Source: Candidatus Shapirobacteria bacterium
Lineage (GTDB): Bacteria > Patescibacteriota > Microgenomatia > UBA12405
Direction of reading: 5' to 3'
Assembly (NCBI GenBank): GCA_022837635.1
Contig: JALHFY010000001.1
Span: 381,693 to 445,692 of the forward strand
DNA: 64,000 nt
A program made the position numbers and the translations under genes. Under the pieces are notes generated by a model. That model was not told where the DNA came from. It ran no database searches and worked only from the letters and a program-made list of their open reading frames with translations. Shown here in pieces: positions 63,358-64,000 of the stretch. How positions within the stretch are numbered: position 1 is the first letter of the stretch; each line of letters starts with the position of its first letter.

Positions 63358-64000
63358 TCACACCCAAATCTTGTTGTAATTTTTGATTACTGATGGCTTG
63401 ATTTTTACCGAAAGGACGGGCTAAAGGATTATCCTTCAGATATTGTGACAAGGAAGACTCGTAAATTAAAGAAGCATCTAACTTAAAAGCAGTGGCAACT
63501 TTGTGAGCCACTTCAAAAGGAGAATGGAAACTGGAACCGACAACATGATAAATACCCTCAGGATGACGTTGAATCATGACATCAAAAGCCGTGGCCATAT
63601 CATCAATAAAAGTGGGAGTAATGGTTTGATCGGTGAAAAGATAGAGAGGTTCTCCAGCTTTTAGTTTATTGATATAACCTCGAAGAAAATCGACTTTAAC
63701 GGCAAAATTTTGGCGGAAAGGAAAACAAATCCGAGCTACAGTAGCACCGGCATCTAAAGCAATTTTTTCAGCCATAGCTTTGGTTTGGCCGTACCACTCG
63801 AGCGAATTGACAGGATCATCTTCGGTATAAGGAGTTTCTTTTTGACCATTAAAGACATAATCGGTGGAAATGTGAATGAGATGTTTTTGGTATTTTTGAC
63901 ATAAATTAACTATGTTTTGAGTACCTACAACATTAATTTGAAAACAGGGACCGGTTAAATCGAATCTTTGTTCCCAGGCGGATTTAGTATCGGTGAAAGC
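63308..64000 (-). CDS. rfbD: dTDP-4-dehydrorhamnose reductase (RmlD-like), 5' end outside window
   Basis: Frame open to window end: INVVGT.N, HISTDYVF.G, Y.E.D, YGQTK, DQ..TPT, GIYHV.G. Confidence 0.85.
   Translation of the reverse strand, partial: AFTDTKSAWEQRFDLTGPCFQINVVGTQNIVNLCQKYQKHLIHISTDYVFNGQKETPYTEDDPVNSLEWYGQTKAMAEKIALDAGATVARICFPFRQNFAVKVDFLRGYINKLKAGEPLYLFTDQTITPTFIDDMATAFDVMIQRHPEGIYHVVGSSFHSPFEVAHKVATAFKLDASLIYESSLSQYLKDNPLARPFGKNQAISNQKLQQDLGVTMRTFEQSLELLAPQN

Noticed and set aside
1-64000. Alternative genetic code (TGA=Gly, as in Gracilibacteria/Absconditabacteria)
   Set aside because: TGA ends conserved genes at expected positions (aspS, secD, secF, rarA, rplO) and conserved ORFs are full length under code 11.

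Overview
AT-rich bacterial chromosome segment, very likely Patescibacteria/CPR (Microgenomates-like; inferred from the missing rpmD/uL30, short archaeal-type AspRS, tRNA without encoded CCA, compact RNase P RNA and very tight gene packing). The left half holds housekeeping genes (dacA-like, aspS, recJ, cca, secDF, rnpB, miaA, ychF, HU, rny, recX-recA, tRNA-Pro, rarA), an AT-rich islet with a frameshifted signal peptidase, and an 8.5-kb surface-protein gene plus sortase. The right half holds korAB, uppP and the fusA-tuf-S10-spc-alpha-rplM/rpsI superoperon. Main observations: (1) a DUF559 endonuclease gene bracketed by ~48-50-bp hairpin-bearing inverted repeats and inserted exactly between secY and adk, with REP-like palindromes inserted in-frame in protein genes and one repeat module built twice into the RNase P RNA; (2) a 2821-aa surface protein that looks like a polyprotein (internal LPATG-TM sorting signal, then a second signal peptide and a second anchored protein) next to a sortase; (3) an unannotated 58-aa basic protein resembling DUF5679 and the crenarchaeal chromatin protein CC1; (4) pervasive leaderless-type and overlapping bidirectional -10 promoters; (5) atypical EF-Tu switch I and EF-G motifs. 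All family assignments come from motif recognition by eye; no database searches were run.
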